A stretch of DNA of 64,000 bases from Octopus bimaculoides (lineage: Eukaryota): contig NC_068981.1 in NCBI RefSeq assembly GCF_001194135.2, forward strand, positions 7,199,782-7,263,781, read 5' to 3'. The first letter of the stretch is position 1. Each line of letters starts with the position of its first letter. Of this stretch, positions 62,289-64,000 are shown one piece after another. Both the position numbers and the translations under genes were made by a program. The notes under the pieces are model-generated. The model saw nothing but the letters and a program-made list of their open reading frames with translations, had not been told where the DNA came from and made no database searches.

Positions 62289-62532
62289 GTTTCCTGTTGG
62301 ACTTGACACATTTCCTGTGCACTTATGTTTTCAAAGTGGAGACAAGCACCTCCACCCAGTAAAGCCAGCATCCAGAGACTAGTTTCAGAGTTATTGCTCA
62401 TCATCAGACTGGAGTAGTATGGCTTGCTAGCTGTCGATGCCTATCCGTCTTTGAAAACATATATGTTTCAATTGAAATGTATATGTTTGAAAACATAAGG
62501 AGACAGGAAATGTGTCAAGTCCAAGAGGAAAC
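62289..62532. mobile_element. Asymmetric fold-back element enclosing a minimal hammerhead ribozyme
   Basis: 47-bp IR 62289-62335/62486-62532 (43/47), 17-bp palindrome 62455-62471/62472-62488 (15/17), hammerhead at 62371-62413. Confidence 0.75.
62371..62413 (-). ncRNA. Minimal type I hammerhead ribozyme (Penelope/retrozyme type)
   Basis: Minus strand: TCCAG-t-CTGATGA-t-GAG-caataa-CTC-t-GAAA-CTAG-TC-t-CTGGA. Both core boxes are intact, stem I has 5 bp, stem II 3 bp, stem III is the palindrome ACTAGT, and the site is GUC. Confidence 0.72.
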
Positions 62533-64000
62533 GGTTGTTTTCAAAACAAATAACCGACCTGACATCGAGAACAGCCAAAGAAGATGCTGGGACCACATTT
62601 GAACTCAAAACGGAAACATGTAAGTTTTCCGAATTCTATTGTTTGTAACTTTTCAGTTTTGCAGAGATTGAAAACTATCCTCCTGGTATAAACCTTTTAT
62701 GTTAGGCAATTTCTTTTAAAGAATAAATGAAGAGATCAGACCAACAGCCTCAACAATTTCTAGTCAATTTTTAGTAATTGACCAGACTGCATCTTGGTAC
62801 TTTGCTCTCATTTTATGCACTTATTTATTTTTCAGACATTCCAACATATTCATGTTGAATGGTGTATGTTTTGAACACATATCCGTAAAGGAGAAGCTAC
62901 TTTCCCGTGACAAACACAACAGGAATCGGCATATTTGCGTTCGACTCTGCCGAAAACGATCAACAAAACAGTACGCAAGTCATCGTTTCGATTCTAGCTG
63001 TTTCATGAAACGATTTATTATCGCTTGGAAATAACAATTCTTTTCAGAACCTATTACATTGGAGATGGGAGCTATAATCAATAGCTTCTTATATCACATT
63101 GGTAAAAACAAAACAAAACAAAACAAACCCTTTTGACGGCAGAAATAGATTGCACAGAAACGGCTACGGGAATCGAACAGAGACAGCGACCCGGTGAAAT
63201 TCCAACATTCTGTAAAAGACACACGGACAAACGTTTGAGCGTACTTGTTGTTGTTATTGTTGACGGCCAATCATTGAANNNNNNNNNNATGCACGCACAC
63301 ACACACACATGCACGCACACACACACATATATATGTGTATGTATATATTCCCGCACACATAGATAGATAGAGTTAAACTGACATTTTCACAAACAATTAA
63401 TTTAATTGAAAACTTCACTTTCTTAAAAACTTTTTCAAGAGTACAAGGTACATCCTAATTAACTAAAATCTCCGATAATCTCAGATTAAAATATTCCAAT
63501 ATAAACCGTTCCTTTACACTAATCCGATCACTCGACAACATCATCATACTTACTCTCCACTTACATTGCCGCTTACACTGATTGAACAATGATATTTGAA
63601 ATAATAATAAATATTACAATAATTAATATAATCAGCGAAAAACTTATAAATAGTATTTGGTAGATATACCCATAAAGTTGTTTATATTCTCTTGTTATTC
63701 TAATAACGAAAATAAAGAATTTAGAATTAAAAATAACTTCTGTAATAATACAACCGTTATCGAATTTCTTCGTTTTGTTGTCCACTCGTTTTCCTTGTTT
63801 CTTACCATTTTCCCAAAGAGTAATTTCTTTAACTATTAAACTCTTCCTTTCTCATATTCTCTGGTAAATATAAGAAGAAATAATACCAGGAACTATGGAA
63901 CAGTGTCTTTATTTTGACATCCACTTATCAAGAATTCGCTTAAAGTTTCTAGGGACAACGCTAAACTTAAAGCATAATTTTTTTCAACAAAGTGCGTAAG

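Overview
AT-rich, repeat-saturated eukaryotic DNA from a gapped short-read assembly, with about 30 N-runs that nearly all abut microsatellites. The SINE families resemble those I recall from octopus genomes; that assignment is an inference I cannot verify here. No host protein-coding gene is confidently supported. The long ORFs in the track are N-runs or translated microsatellites, and only weak orphan exon candidates remain. The window is built from: two abundant SINE families plus minor ones; 3' fragments of Tx1/L1-like, R4/Dong-like and RTE-like LINEs; two deleted mariner elements; MITEs with Tc1/mariner-, hAT- and piggyBac-type ends; and mini- and microsatellites. The strongest unexplained signal is a set of minimal type I hammerhead-ribozyme-like motifs of the kind known from Penelope-like elements and retrozymes, in several sequence-unrelated contexts (4482, 7609, 24353, 40941, 62371; degenerate ones at 2396, 10476, 58891). 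Two of them lie inside 250-290 bp asymmetric fold-back elements (58761-59053 and 62289-62532) in which one arm lacks the ribozyme-bearing segment. Other notable structures are an identical 170-bp inverted duplication 4.5 kb apart, a perfect 140-bp palindrome, a mariner inserted at a LINE stop codon, and a Dong-like retroelement inserted in a (TAA)n SINE tail. All alignments and folds were done by eye. Repeat boundaries are approximate (about 10-20 bp) unless TIRs or TSDs are quoted.
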